64,000 nucleotides of DNA, taken from positions 186,001 through 250,000 of the forward strand of contig JAQGDQ010002386.1 in the NCBI GenBank assembly GCA_030141605.1, read 5' to 3'. The notes below the pieces were generated by a model that was not told the DNA's origin, ran no database searches, and was given only the letters and a program-made list of their open reading frames with translations. This document shows positions 38,350 to 52,587 of the stretch, one piece after another. Within the stretch, counting starts at the first letter, position 1. Each line of letters starts with the position of its first letter. The translations under genes and the position numbers were made by a program. This stretch comes from Tubiluchus corallicola (taxonomy: Eukaryota; Animalia; Priapulida).

Positions 38350-38402
38350 AAGAAAGAAAGAGAGAAAGCGAGAGAGAGAGAGAAAGCGAGAGAGAGAGAG
38401 AA

Positions 38403-38460
<58 letters not shown>

Positions 38461-38475
38461 CGCGTGTGTGTGGGA
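38350..38475. repeat. (GA)n microsatellite with gaaagc interruptions
   Basis: Direct reading. Confidence 0.95.
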
Positions 38476-38726
38476 GAGACAGAGGGAAAATAAGAGAGGA
38501 AGAGAAGCTTAAACGAACGAAAAAGTATGAATCGGAAGTGGTATCAATTTACTATGCATGAGTTCTGTTTCATATACGCCGTAGCAGCAACGGTATGTCA
38601 TGCATTTTTAACATCATATAGGTTGCTTTATATTACTATCTCCTATAGTAATTAATAATGTACGAAATAGACGGTCAGTCTTGATTCGATCGTCAGCGTT
38701 GCAATTTAGGATAACAGAGAAACGCA

Positions 38727-39065
38727 ACAGCTTACCGGGCTTTCTACAGCTTACCTGACTTTGTACAGCTTACCCGGTTTTCACAGCTTACTCAGCTTTC
38801 TACAGATTACCTGACTTTCTGAAGATTACCAGCCTTTCTGCAACTTACCTGGCTTTCTGCAACTTGCCTGGTTTTCTACAGCTTACCCAGCTGTCGGCCA
38901 CTTAGATGGCTTTCTACAGTTTACCTGCTCTCTACAGCTTACCCGGCTTTCTGCAACTTACATGGCTTTCTACAGTTTACCTGGCTTTCTACAGATTACC
39001 CGGTTTTCTGCAACTTACATGGCTTTCTACAGTTTACCTGCTTTCTACAGATTACCCGATTTTCT
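38727..39065. repeat. 19-bp minisatellite, 18 units, consensus acagcttacctggctttct
   Basis: Units counted by eye; variants gcaacttacatggc, acagattacccgg. Confidence 0.95.
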
Positions 39066-40550
39066 TTATTGTACATAAAACGCTTCTGCCTAGTCGTAAA
39101 TACATGCCACAGTCAATGAAATGTTTAGTGCACTCTATTGGAATAGAAATTTGAGGAAACACTGGTTACGTGGATTTCAACATTTTGATGACAAGTTATT
39201 GCGTTGCCTTCAAGTTCAATTTTTAACTTATTTCACGTTTTTGCGTCTTTCTGCCCATAAGTGTGGGCCACTAGGTTCAACAAATTATGCGGTTAACAGT
39301 TCTAATTTACGTGTGCTTTATTTTTGTATACTACTTATACACAGAAAACGATATATCAGAGTCACAATTAACAAAATAATAAATTTCACGAGAAATGATG
39401 TTGCAACAAGCTAAAAGTTTAAAAAGCCCGCCCAGTCTTACGACACTATGGGAATCCATCTTAGCAGTTATAGCTGAAGTTACAGTATTGAGATACATAG
39501 TGGTACTAATGAGCTATCACCTTGCTCAAAGTCGTTGATTTCTGCATACCATGTAGCGTACCCGTATGCCAATGATTCTAACCCTGCAGGCCACGGCCTG
39601 TCAACCAGGACTTTTTCAATCTTAGCTTAATTTTATTCTGTGTAGGTTTGCAGTGTATGATGCGTTTTCTGATTTTGATTTTGAAGCACTGGCTAATGCA
39701 CGACGTCAATGAGTGTGGTTTCATTGAATTCCCAAAATCCTTTAAGGTGAAATGCACAATAAGTTTAAAAAGAATAAAAAAGTAAGAAAGAATAATAAAA
39801 ACTTTTATAAAGTCATATTAAAGGTAAAACAGCTCAACCTTGCAGGTATAAACATGTAAGTGTCCCTAAAGGGTAAATACGAACTGAAGCTTTCCTTATA
39901 AAGGTCACATTGTCATTCAGTGATTAATCAATTGACTTAGTCTACAAAGCCAGTGGTCATTTTTCAATCGAATTTACGATGTGTCACACGACAGTTTATC
40001 TACAGTTCGCTTTCACATATTTTACATATTATCCTTTCTCAAACTACATGCTAATGATTTACATTCTATGTTTGAGTAATTACGGTATCATGCATATTAC
40101 ATGGCTAGCGTTGTTGTGAGAGTATTTGCAGCGTGATGTGGTTTTTATTGACCGTGCTACTCTCTGTACCTTACGAGAGCTTGTGCAGCGATATGTCATT
40201 GCGCCTGATCTGCATATTTATACAAGCCGAAGCTGAGTGCATGATATGTGTTTAGAATATAATATTGCATGAAATTATGCTCTCAGAGAGATGGTAAACG
40301 TTGAAGTGGACATTTGCTATGATTTATAAGCTATGGGCAGAAAGTTGGACGAACGCCGTTTGCCATGCTATTAATTTCAAGAAGAAAGTTTTGTTTTCAC
40401 ATTTTAAAGAAATTCCAATTACGTTTAACTGCTGAAAGGCCGCAACGTATACATAATGTGACCAGTTAATTAAAATAAGTGATGAAAATTCTGCTATCTA
40501 TTCATTCCAGGCATACAATATGATATTAATATAAACGAGTGTTTAGGCAA

Positions 40551-40720
40551 CAGGAATGGCAGAATGGTTACTATATGTGGTTGATGACCGAAGTTAAGCA
40601 ACAATTGCCATAGTCAATAAATGGATGGGTTACCACCGGGAGCAATACTCATTTTAAGTGGTTAAGATTTCACCGCCGTCTTAGTGTCATCTTGAGGTTA
40701 ATCCCAATAATTACCTAGAT
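40551..40720 (+). mobile_element. SINE relic with tRNA-like A-box head followed by 5S rRNA-derived segment
   Basis: tggcagaatggtta (A-box-like) then gatgaccgaagttaagca...tggatgggttaccaccggga (40583-40641), recognisably the 5S internal control region. Confidence 0.6.
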
Positions 40721-43700
40721 ACAGGTCCTGCCACAATGTTAATTAGGCTCTTTCATTGAGTGCTGAATCCCAGTGTGTAATGTCCTGAACTTTCTGAAGA
40801 ATCATCCTACATGTAACATATTTCTTACACAAAAATAACAAGTTTTCCATAGTTTCATTCCTAACGTCGCGTAGCTAATAAACAAGTTTACAAATAATCA
40901 ACCATTAACTTTCTCCACCAAATATTAAAAGGTGTATTTCCACACATATCTTAATCTAATTTAAAAAATATATAATAATTAAATTTTAAAGTTATTAAAG
41001 TTAATAAGTAAGTAAAGTTATAATAAGCGTATAGAGTAACATGCACACGCGCCCAAGCACGCACACGCTCATGCACACGCGGTTAATATGTCTTGGGGTT
41101 GTAGGATAACGAATAAATATTGGGCCAGAACCCGTTTTTTAAGTTCAGTTACAAAATGATTTGTCACATGGCTATGGCTATGGCCTTGAGCCATGACTAT
41201 TTGGCTATAGAGTGACTAAGGAGGTGTGTCATGACCCATAGACATCGACCTCGGGACATATAGGCCTCACCTTGTTATTAGTTAATGAAATTTTACATCT
41301 TTGTTGCAGTTCATCTTATTTTCAATAAACATAGCGCTTGTACAAGTCTATAATGTGTTTACTGCATTCTGATAATTACACGTAAATTAATATTCCCTTA
41401 AACTCTAACTGAATTGTCGTCTGCTGAATTCTACGTACACAATCACATTGTGTGAAGATTGTGGGTTCAACTGTAGCAGCCTAATTCACTGGCTTCAGAG
41501 GAAGAGAAATTATAGTTGCAGCCAGCAAGTGTTATGCTAGTAATAATTAGCACAGCATCTGCCTACTAGTCTATAGTTTCATACCTTTGTGCGCATGCGC
41601 ACACGTACCGGAATTATAAATGCTGCGTGAATTGGAAATGAACGCATTAGACCTGTATAACACCTGTAGAATAAAGGCACCAGAACGCCATTAAATGGTG
41701 ATACTTCATATAACGTAATTGTTTATACTGCGGTGGAAAGTAAATCTGATGTGTAGTATTGGGTATTAGTATCAACACAAGCGAAATTGGGTTGCCATGT
41801 AGAGCGTGACTGCGTTTATCGAATGCAGTAGCCTGGAAGTGGATTTCTTGGCTTCAATTTAAGTGTAGGCATAGGGAGGCCAGGATAAACAAGATTTATG
41901 TGCTGAGGTTGAGAGGTTGACACCGGAACTGTGCAGTGTGAGACTCGCTGAGTCCGTTGCTGTTACCGTTACCTTGGTGATTCTGGTATAAGGGCGATTG
42001 GATGCTGCAGCCATGGTTACCCCAGCTGATTAGCAGGTATTTGCCCATTGTACGTAATGTTAGGTAGGCATGCTGTACGTATTCTCAATTAGCATAGTTA
42101 TATCAGCCAAAAAATTTTATATAAAAACGCAATTAAAAATGGCTCAGTTGATATTTTGCTAGTGCAATTAAGTAACACATTGTGTTGTCTACAAAGCGTT
42201 TTTACTGTACATTTACTTTACCTTCTCTTAAAAGGTTTACTTTTAAAGTTAGTTAACATGCAAGTACCGAATTTACTTGCATATTAGTATAGTTGAATAT
42301 ACTTGTAGAATCTCAGTATTGTTTCTGAGATCAATGAGAAAGCCAGATCCTCGGAAAGAAAGAAGCCAGCCTGCAACCAAAAGGAACGCACTGTCATTTC
42401 AATTATGAGTTCTTGGTGTATTTTCGGTTGTGTAATTTTAGCTCTGCTAACTGCATGGTTGAAGGTTCTGTTGCTCGCGTAATGGTTTTCCACAGACCAC
42501 ACAGGAATTTCACGGGAAAAATGTTTGTCCGCGGCAACCAGCTACTATACATAGCCGTGTAGTCGCTTTTAGCTATTTATTGTTTTATTCAACATTATAG
42601 CTTGCTAGAACTGACTTTTACGTTATTCACAGTATAAATTTTTGTAGCTTTATACTCAAATAAATTCAATTCAATTCAATTCTACAAAACCAGTAACGAA
42701 ATAGTAACAATTTTACACAGTTTTAGGTGAATATTATGCAAATAGAATATCTAAAAACTTTTATTACCTTGGTACTTGCCAGTAATATCTTTAAGCTGAA
42801 TAGTAGGTTAGCTGAATAGAATGTAGAACTTTTCTGTATTTATGGTTTGGAGTGCGGAAATTTGAGCATGTAAATGTAAATGTGTGGAAAAAATGGAAAT
42901 GTGGCTTAACAAAAACGTAAAGTTGGATGACCTTTTCAAATTCGATTCGCGTTTTTGCTATGTTCTTGTCTTGGGCTTGTACGTGTCGTATAGCAGTATA
43001 TCTCAGCTTAACTGTGAGAAACCGCACTTTGCCATATTTCTGCTGGTTTTATAGTAACAGAACACCACCATAAATAATTGAAAAAGCTCACAGTCGGATG
43101 TTGATAGCAACTATACTGCGTTCATTCACGTGTGTGTGTTTAATTAGCCGATCAGCATCCCTAGAGAATCATATGAAGCCATAATGATACTGCTTGAACT
43201 TCATTGTAACACCTAACAGTACTCTGTGTCTCTAGATGTTAGAGGATGCTGAATCTCAAGCGACTTATGGGCAGGTAATTGGTTCTAATCATCTGGTCGT
43301 GTAGATTGTATCCTTGGCTGATTGTGTGTCGCTAAAATTGTCTGAAATAACTGGAAAGATGACAGCCAAGATGGCCGTAAATTGAATCAAATTGCAAGAT
43401 TAGGTGGGTTTCGCTGCGATGTAGAATGTTTGAAAGATGTGCTTGCATGTTAGAAGAGCAAGTTGTAAAAATCATTCACCAAACTACACTAAGTAGATAA
43501 GATGAGAATTTAGACACTAGGGAAGTTGCAAATATGAAAGACGTGGAAGAGATTTAAATAATAACTGGTCACAGTGTTTCTGCGTTTCTCAGAATCCTGA
43601 TATCTCAGCTTTGTATATACTAATTTATGTCATTGCACCTTTGCATGTATGTGTAAGTTACTTAACTTGGTCAAAATGTATGCATATGCTGCATAACCCG

Positions 43701-45251
43701 TGTTCACAATAAGAAACGAATGATTATGATATTAAATATGTAATTAAAATTAATTACGCAATTAAAAATTTGAAAAAGGCGAAATGTGCTATTGATACGT
43801 GATGTGTGATGTGTTTTAATGGTAATGATAAATTTCTCATTTCAGTTAAAAATGGTTTATCAGTACATAAAAGCAACTTATTTGTGAACTTTGTAACTAG
43901 ATTTCGTGTTGAGCGGCTATTCAAAAACTAAATTTAATTTTTTTTATGTATTTCAGTAAACTCTATTATGGAAAGCCTTAGCGAGATGCTAATATGTAGT
44001 TAGATTCAACACACATCAGTAACCGATTTTATACCATACAGTAGCGCCATTAAGGCGTCAGTAAGCCTATTATAATTATTGAAGTTCATTTTTTATTAAA
44101 TATTACCTATTTACCCACGCTCGCCTATAATTATATCGTAACTCAATATGTTAATCCATCATTTAGAATTAATCCAACCATTTATTTTCAACCTCGTCTC
44201 ATTTTATCCTTAACTTTCTATCTAGGCTCTACGTTTGTCACACATCCCAGCTTTCACTGTTGCTAAACCTTTCTGCGACTTAAATGCCATTTATAATAAA
44301 TGTACTACAATAATGTACACTTGTAATTTTCTTATTAGATATGAATCACATCCGATAAGTTTTGGTATAGGGATTTCTTCCTGTTGGGAACATCAGTATA
44401 ATTTATGTTTATGAAAGTATGTAATCTATCTACCATGGATAATCTTAAAACAAAAATACAGTCGAAACGAGTTGCCACCTTAAACTATAAGACTGGGAGA
44501 ATGGAACCGAGTAAAACAAGAGGAACTTTTTAAACAATCAGAGAAGGTAATTACATTCCTAGTGCGATATTTCGACAATGATAGTTTGTCGTGAGTTGTG
44601 AAACATTTGTTAGCTTACTGAAATGATTCCGAGTCAACTGATGGGGATAATTGAAAATTATCACTTGTTGCCCGGCAACTTCAGCTTCAGCAGCGGCGCC
44701 GCGCAATTTTCATCGCCTTTAGTCATCAACTCTACACAATTTCACGACAACAGATGAATTGATTATTATAATTCTTTAAAATAAAACTTGTTTATAAAGT
44801 AATTTCTTAGCTTGAAACGAACGAATGTCAGAAATATTTTTAAGTATCCTTGGAGGCAAATTAGTTTAGATTAAGAATTTCATTTCACGTGAAGCGAAGT
44901 GAATATCTGCGTGATCACGACGTGTTCTTCGTGACGGAAGTTAAGAACAGGTGAAAAAATGCTCACGCAACCTCAAGCCGAGCAGTGATTGAGAACTACT
45001 TGCAGATATGTTCGACAGCAACAACAATAAGTGGTTTTTGGTACAACGTACCTCTTGCGGCAGCACTTCCTGAAGTTTGCCATTTTGGGGTTGATTTTAT
45101 GCTTCCTGTGTAATTTGTTTAGTTCTTTTAATAACAGAGCCAGATTCTTAACGCATTCTACTAATTTCCTCATAAAACGTTAAAAAAGAGAATAACATTG
45201 GCGAAAAATGACGAAAAAAAAAATGATCAAGAAAAACAAACACCATCACTG

Positions 45252-45290
45252 CAACAACAACAACTACAACAACAACAACAACAACAACAA
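45252..45290. repeat. (CAA)n microsatellite
   Basis: Direct reading. Confidence 0.9.
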
Positions 45291-45798
45291 GTACGTCGAT
45301 CAAAAAATATCATACTAATTAACATTGCAGGCCTACAGGCTTCTTCTTTAAGCTTAATTTTTTTCCAATAAACATTGATACTGCTGCTACTGCAGTGATG
45401 TTTTTCCACGATGGGTCGAAAGTTTATACACAATAATTACAAACCCCGCGGTTTATTGACAGTAATCTGTTGTCCAACGAGTGATTGTTAACCGTCTTTA
45501 TCGTTCTGCATGGAAGATGCTCTCATGTCCAGCCGTTTCGAGAGGCGGTTGAATAACTTGAATACATGTGACAAAGAAATTTCTGCGAATTTATGCTTAA
45601 TGATGTAAAGTGATTTTATTACTGACACTTCTATATTAACTTGTGGTGTACCTTATAGGCGTTCTGAGCTTGTATGAAATTTTAGTTATCTGACCGATCC
45701 ACTTATGATTGTTTTTGGCTCATAATGGCAACACGAGAAAAGTTTTCACAGTTTATATGACCTGCTATAATTAAGTAAACGCACAACAGATGTAACAT

Positions 45799-45801
<3 letters not shown>

Positions 45802-45836
<35 letters not shown>

Positions 45837-45847
45837 GATTATTATTA

Positions 45848-45913
<66 letters not shown>
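45802..45913. repeat. (ATT)n microsatellite
   Basis: Direct reading. Confidence 0.95.
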
Positions 45914-45915
<2 letters not shown>

Positions 45916-46286
45916 AGAGGCACAATTACTATAATTGTTATTTTGTGATAATAATAATAATCACCATACTAATGCTCTCCCAACTGCATAGTGACGCCTT
46001 CAACTAGTATTTGTTTCAGTAACTGGTAACATTTTCATAACTTTAGATATCTTGCTTTTAACTTTGTTTTTTTAAATTTTATGCATAAACACAAAATAGA
46101 CGCCAACCAATAAATTTCTTACACTTGCCGGCCAAAAACAGACACTGTTAATCAATAGCAAGTTAGTTTAAGATTTTGTTTTCTGGTGCTGTGTTTAAAT
46201 TTTCACTTCTTAAGTGTAGTTAATTTGTTTAACTTCTTTGTGTAAAAACATATATTTGCAGGCCTAAATCAACATTTGGGTTAATT

Positions 46287-46479
46287 GGCGTTTATGTAGC
46301 TTCCGGAATGCGCATGCGTTATGGGAGTGCGAAGTAGATGAAATCAGTTTATATTATTTTCAATGCACCCGTTCATATGACCTGCGTTATGCGCTATTTT
46401 TTTCTGCAGTTATTTCTTATTAATTTTTTTATTCCGCAGGCGGAAACGCATAACGCGTTCCGGATGCTACATGAACACC
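46287..46479. mobile_element. MITE with ~26-bp imperfect TIRs
   Basis: ggcgtttatgtagcttccggaatgcg vs reverse complement ggtgttcatgtagcatccggaacgcg; internal tgcgttatg repeats. Confidence 0.6.
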
Positions 46480-46995
46480 ACTAGTCTGCTGTTTAGGAAT
46501 TCTCACCCGTAACATATTATACGGGTTTACAGATCCCGTCCGGCAAAGAGATTGGGGAATCTACTCGTATGAATATTTCATGAGTCTTCAAATATTTCAC
46601 GAGTGTTCACGGTAACTCCTGGAAAAGCGGGAAACAATATCAATTACTGTAGACTACTTTGATGGCATAAAAACATTTTGATATCGCGTTTGCTGCATCA
46701 AACAGATATAAAGTAGCACTTTATTGGCCAAAACAACGCGCAAGCAAACACATCGAGAGCCTTGTAGGTGATTTTAACTTCTGGAAATATCAGTGTAACA
46801 AGTGCACAATACGCCAACAACTATTATTCTGATCATTTTTGCTACCGATAACTGCAGCCAAAAAAGAAGGTGCAGACATAGCACTACTATCATTATTTAA
46901 TTTCAGCTTAAGTTGTTTAACCAACGATATCATCCCCTCCTCCAGAATCTTTGCACTGATCACGCAGTTAACTATTAGTCGCTTAATTTAAATAC

Positions 46996-47124
46996 TAGTG
47001 GTAGTGGTAGTAGTGTTGGTAGTGGCAGCGGTAGCGGTAGCGATAGTGTGCAGCAGCAGCAGTGGCAGTGGCAGCAGAAGCGGCAGCAGCAGTAGCAGTA
47101 GCAATAGCAGTACCAGTAATAGTA
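46996..47124. repeat. Mixed (GTA/GTG/GCA)n low-complexity triplet tract
   Basis: Direct reading. Confidence 0.85.
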
Positions 47125-50100
47125 ACTCAACCTTTTTGCAGAGACACTTAAATAGAACACTTAAATTTGTTTTGACTTCCTATCAGTCGAATACAATCGT
47201 ATTGCAATAAAAATACATCATAACGTTTTAATTATATCCATTTGAAATTTCTTTAATTCAACTAATTGTTTGTTAGTGGCACAAACTCTGTTATGATTTG
47301 TTATAAATCTGTTAATCATAGAATGAATAAAATTGGATCCAATTCCATAGATGATTGAAACTAATGTGATGTAACTGTATTTCCATAGCCAAAGATTTTA
47401 GTATTGGCTGCAGGGAGCTGCTTAAAGGTGCACCTTAAATTCCGGTTAAATCCAAAACAAGATTTGTAAAACACTTTTCAGCGGAACACTAAACTGCATT
47501 ACAATTCGATTAACAGGATGTGCATTCTGCCATCTTAAAGAACTTAGCTTCCCAAAAGTCACCGCGGGACGTCCCATAATGCGCTGTTAAGAAAAACATC
47601 TCAGCGAGACTGGGCAAAGAAAGGTTTTTCGTACATCTATGTAGACGGTTTGAGATGCAGATGGATGCCACATGCTACGAAAAAACACATCTCGTTTTAG
47701 CTTATCCTTTCCTTATGTTCCTGTGGTGTGGAAGGGAGGTAAGGATGGTTCGGAAGATGTTCTTCGGTTAAATCCATTTTTAAAATCTTATGTAATAGTC
47801 GTTATTAATCGACCAATGTAACTGCGCAATAGCCTACACGATTTGCCGTCCGATAAGGGGTCGCTATCTTGAAAAGTTATTATAATTAAAACGGGCTCTA
47901 GGCAGTTTGATGTCCTAGGCGAAAACTATTTGTAGCGTCGCCTCCTCAGCGGTCAACCCCCTTCCTTCATGGTTTTCATCCCACAGCCAAAATTGAATTT
48001 TGTTGCATGTATAAGTAGTACTTGTGTGTTAGGCTAATACATGTATTATAATGTGCTAATTAAGTGTAGTTAATTAACTATCTACAGCATGTGTTGATTA
48101 AATGTAAAATTGAGTTTATGACCCAATTATACGTCCTGGATGTTCAGGAGCAATGAAAATTTCTTCTATTTTGCTAACACTTTTCACGTACATGCTTTTG
48201 GCTAGATTTTTCCTGAATCTTTCCATCAATAAATTTTTGAAACACCAACTTCTCTTTTTATATCTATTTCACTAGTTTCATCGTCTTTACAACCATAACT
48301 CTGGTCTGGTTGAAAATACTGACGTAGACATTCGATATAAGTAATTGTACTTCCAAGAGTGGAACTCATTTATTGTTTTAAACTAACTGTGTTCCTGTTG
48401 TATAGTTTTATCTTATGTGTATAGTTTTGTATTCTGCATTTCCTAATCGTTTTATATAGTACTCTACATATTGATTTAAATCTAAAATGAAATAAAATAA
48501 AATAACATAAACATCTTTAGTGAATTTGTTTGTTGTTTAGTGTCCGCCTTTCGTTTCCTGTATTACGCTTCTGAAGGTATATTCGATTCTTATATGTTTT
48601 TCCGCTACAATTAGGCCAAGATTTTCCTATTGCGAAATCTTCTTGTTAGACAAACACTTTTTTATTAACAGGAGTAGATGCAATATGAACTGTAGGCAAA
48701 AGGAGGGAAATAACGTAATATTGGGAAACCAATTAAAACAAAAGTGGAAAGTGTTTTGCTGCAGGTCAGTGTCGATGAATCATACATTTTCAAGAAATTT
48801 TTGACACAAATTAACACTTTGTACACAAAGAAATTTAGGCACAGTGACACGAGCTGAAGTTGAGTAGTGGTTATTTTGGACATACAACACCTTGCAGATC
48901 ACTCTGCCTGTGATTTTAGTACGAAGACATTTGACAAATAAGGCGAAAGTACAAAACGAGTTTTTTGGAGCTGCTTAAATCACAAGAAGACACCCGTCAT
49001 AAATAAAAAAATTGTCTTGAAATTTTTTGTCATTGTCTTATTGCATACAAACTTGCGCTAGCAGTAACACTGTATAAAACTTTTAAATTAAAACTCCCGC
49101 GATGACTGTAGGTGTAGCAATTTTAACCATAAGTCGTTTGAAACAAATTTAGATAACATTGCATAAAGTTTGAAAAAATAATAATCAGAATAGTTGTAGC
49201 ACACTTTGTGCTAACTAAGCAAAAGTAAAAAATCACCTTATTTTGTTAGTAAGATCAATAATGTGTTTTGGTCTCGAAATTTCCGAAAATTCAGAACGAC
49301 TGTTCGTATTTCTACATATAAAATTGCAAAAACAGGTTTTTATCGCCGTATTTCAATTCCAATTCTTATATGTTAAATTTTAAACTTAAATTTACTGTAT
49401 TTGTTGCTTGTCTATGATAGCACATTGCTGCTTTTTAAACGTTCTACATAAAAGTTTAAAAATTGATACTCAAATTGAAAACTTTATCTTTTCCCAATTA
49501 CTAGCTAAGCAGCATAAGCTAGAGGAAGTGTGTCTGACTCTAAAAGCTGATTATAATTTTGAAGCGGAAGTTTGTACCGATGCTTCTTTCGTAATTACTG
49601 TGCAATGACCATGTTTCTTTGACGCGAACGTTGCCATATAAGTAATTTTGACTTTTGGAGCACAGTGTAACTTGGACGTCACAAAAGCTCTCTGCAAGAA
49701 TCATTTACAGTCATCCATCACAGCGCAGTCGTTAGTCTGCTGTGTGCTAGTTTAGAAGCCAGAGTTTTTATGGCTTCCCAAAGATAAATGAATGTTTTCA
49801 GCTGCAAGAGCGCGGCCTGACGCAAAAAAGCTAAAAACATCGTTGACCCGGTTTTAATGCCTTTGCGCATGCGGGGCGAACATTTTACTTAACATGCAAA
49901 ATTTGTAAACATATTTTCACTTGTTTTTTGGGTGATGTGACACCTACCATCGTGTATAAACGACTTTGGACTTGCTGAATTGTAAAGAAGATTGAACGTT
50001 GTTCGGTAACACGGTTACACAGAAATTTAGGTACCTCTTAACTAGCGGATCTTGGTTTAATTACTGTTATTCGTATATCTGCCAAGCACTCAACTTCTGC

Positions 50101-52587
50101 GCAAATATTTGCTAGGTTTTGCTTAAGTTTTTGTTTAAGTTTTGACGTAAATCACTTACACTTGGCTATACATTTGCTTACACTCCTTTCACCAGCTTAT
50201 TTTTAAATCTGCTTAGGTTACTCATCTACTTTTACTTGCATTAGTTTTGTTAGTATACCTTGATTACATTTGTTTACATTATTTACACTTGCCAACAGTT
50301 GCACACATTACTTCTGTTAGGTTATTTTGTTTACATTTGTTTATATAGTTACATTTACTTCAATTTGTTGGCATTGCTCCTATCGTCTTACTTCGTTTAC
50401 ACACGCCTACATCACTTACCTGCTCCACCATACCACTACATTATGTCTGCTAACTTACTTTGTTGAATTTGCTTAGATTACTTACCTTAGATTATAATTC
50501 CTTTTCATAGTACAAGAAAAACATAGTATAAAACTTATTCATTTAAACTGTTACCTACGTTTTTATGCATCTTTTTGTGCAAAAATCGTTCTAATTTTAA
50601 AATAGATCAACCAAAAATTTCTAGACTTTGCACAACTCACTTATTGGCTTTCTTTGTTTGCAAAATGTTAAAATGGTTTTTAATTTGTACTATAATTCTG
50701 TAAATATTTATTGTGTTTTACATCCAGCTAATATTTACTAAATTTTTATAAACGTGAAACAATAAATTGAGTTTCAAATAAAAAAATGTAATAGGAAGTT
50801 AATTGTTTCCTAAGAATAAAGGCAGCTGCAGTTCTACTAGCATGAGAATACACGTAATAACATGACATGATCAGTCAAACGTCTTGAGAATAATAAATTT
50901 CTCGTAAAAGCGTTATTGTCCAGAGTAGATTTATTGTATGTGCAGCTGAGCGTAGTTATACTGAGTATGTAGCCTTGGACTATAGTGCGAGAGAGAGAAA
51001 GAGAGATTGAAATAATATTTCGAACAGTTAAGTTCATATATTTACAAATCCACGCAATTTCACACAAATACATACATGAATAAATGTATACTTGAATAAT
51101 TAAATAACTTGGTGTCAATATTGTAATGCTGGCGATGGTGTCGATTCACTGCAGTACACTTCATTGTAAAACGTGAATTAGCGAAAAAACAGAGAATTTT
51201 TGTAAAATGAACTGGCCAGAACCCAGTGTGCTCCATGTTAATTCTACGGAACAGGTGCTGAGATGTTAATCGCATCTGTCAGTCAGCCAGTGGAACCGAT
51301 GAGACCACTCCATATCACCTACTCATAGCTGCTATTCAATGCCGATATGGAATGGCTTCGTAATGTATTAAACCATCACAATGTGGTGGTAGGGGTGAAA
51401 AGAAATGTCATTTCGCCGCCGTAACTATTAGCTAAAAGTTTAAACACAATTGCTTTTTCGTTCTCAGCATTACAGACAGACAGTTCTAAACAGATTGTGT
51501 TGCACTTTGTTGCCTATATAATAAAGTTCCCCACTTCTTTCTAATTATGCATGGTGAAACAGACATCACTTTTAAACATACAAATTACATTTGAACTGCT
51601 GTTCGTACGGATTAGTAAGCTATTTACATATCTTCTGTGTATTACCACGAATTATTTTAAATTTAGTTGTATAGACATAGATCTGCGAAATAGTCGATAT
51701 AAAATTTTTCAAATCTTCTTTATTTGAATTTTTTCACAAATCTTTGCGTTTGTTTGTTAAAACATCTGTCAGATCATACAAATCACCAGATATGTTAATG
51801 GAATTAAACATAATTGTTATAATTATCACAAAAACGAGACAAAATAGAGATAATTTAAACTAATTTTTAACCTTAAGTAGCAATAGTTATCCAGAAGCTA
51901 TGAAAGCAAGACACTGACAATAACTGTAGAGGCAAGCGAATTAAACTCTCTACCGGTACACGCCGAAAAGCCAAGATATGTATGGTTGTGGAAATGCGAC
52001 TAACCCTTCTAGTCCTATCACCAGAGGCTCTGAAAGGGCAAATAAAATAACTTGAGTAATGGCTTAAACCGCTTGTTGACTTATCGTCAAAAATCTAAAT
52101 ACACTGCACCCTGTAATGGTGCGAGTAATTAATTAGTCAAGCTATAAATAGTACAGCTGCGTCACCGTGCCAATAAGAGACTTGAAATGACAGTATTTCT
52201 CAAGAATGATTAACATCTCAATGTGAACGCGTTACGAGCAGCTATCTTAAAAGGCGCTGTTATTGCTGAATAAGTCATTTTGACTTCGATGGTCGAAATG
52301 GAATGTCGGGTACCATATCTGACTTCATCATTTACAAATAAGGGAATGATGTGGTATTTTTGATTGATTAAATAAGAAGGAACGTTGGCTAAACAATGTT
52401 GGACGCCCCCTGGGTTTGTAAAACGTCATCTGAAGCTTTTAGTCCATTTCTAACTTTTACCCTGGCGACTGGCGTGCTGTCCATGCTTTTAGTGGGCTTC
52501 TAAGTTTTGTCCCAGTGAGATTTCAACGCTGAAATGTTCGTCTCAGCCTCTTACATCAGTTTATGATTAACGTCATTATCAAGGAAA

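Noticed and set aside
38203-38493. Arg/Glu-rich ORF
   Set aside because: Product of (GA)n microsatellite
38727-39065. CRISPR-like repeat array
   Set aside because: Head-to-tail units without unique spacers, eukaryotic context, no cas genes
40583-40641. Functional 5S rRNA gene
   Set aside because: Only a diverged internal fragment; 5' and 3' parts missing
43236-43274. 39-nt exon-like segment with good AG/GT sites
   Set aside because: Overlaps motifs (gatgctgaatct, caagatggccg) typical of non-autonomous DNA transposons; no partner exons found
48118-48369. Coding-looking - strand stretch ending IFIAPEHPGRIIGS* (KH-like)
   Set aside because: Frames short and broken, GxxG incomplete, no supporting splice structure
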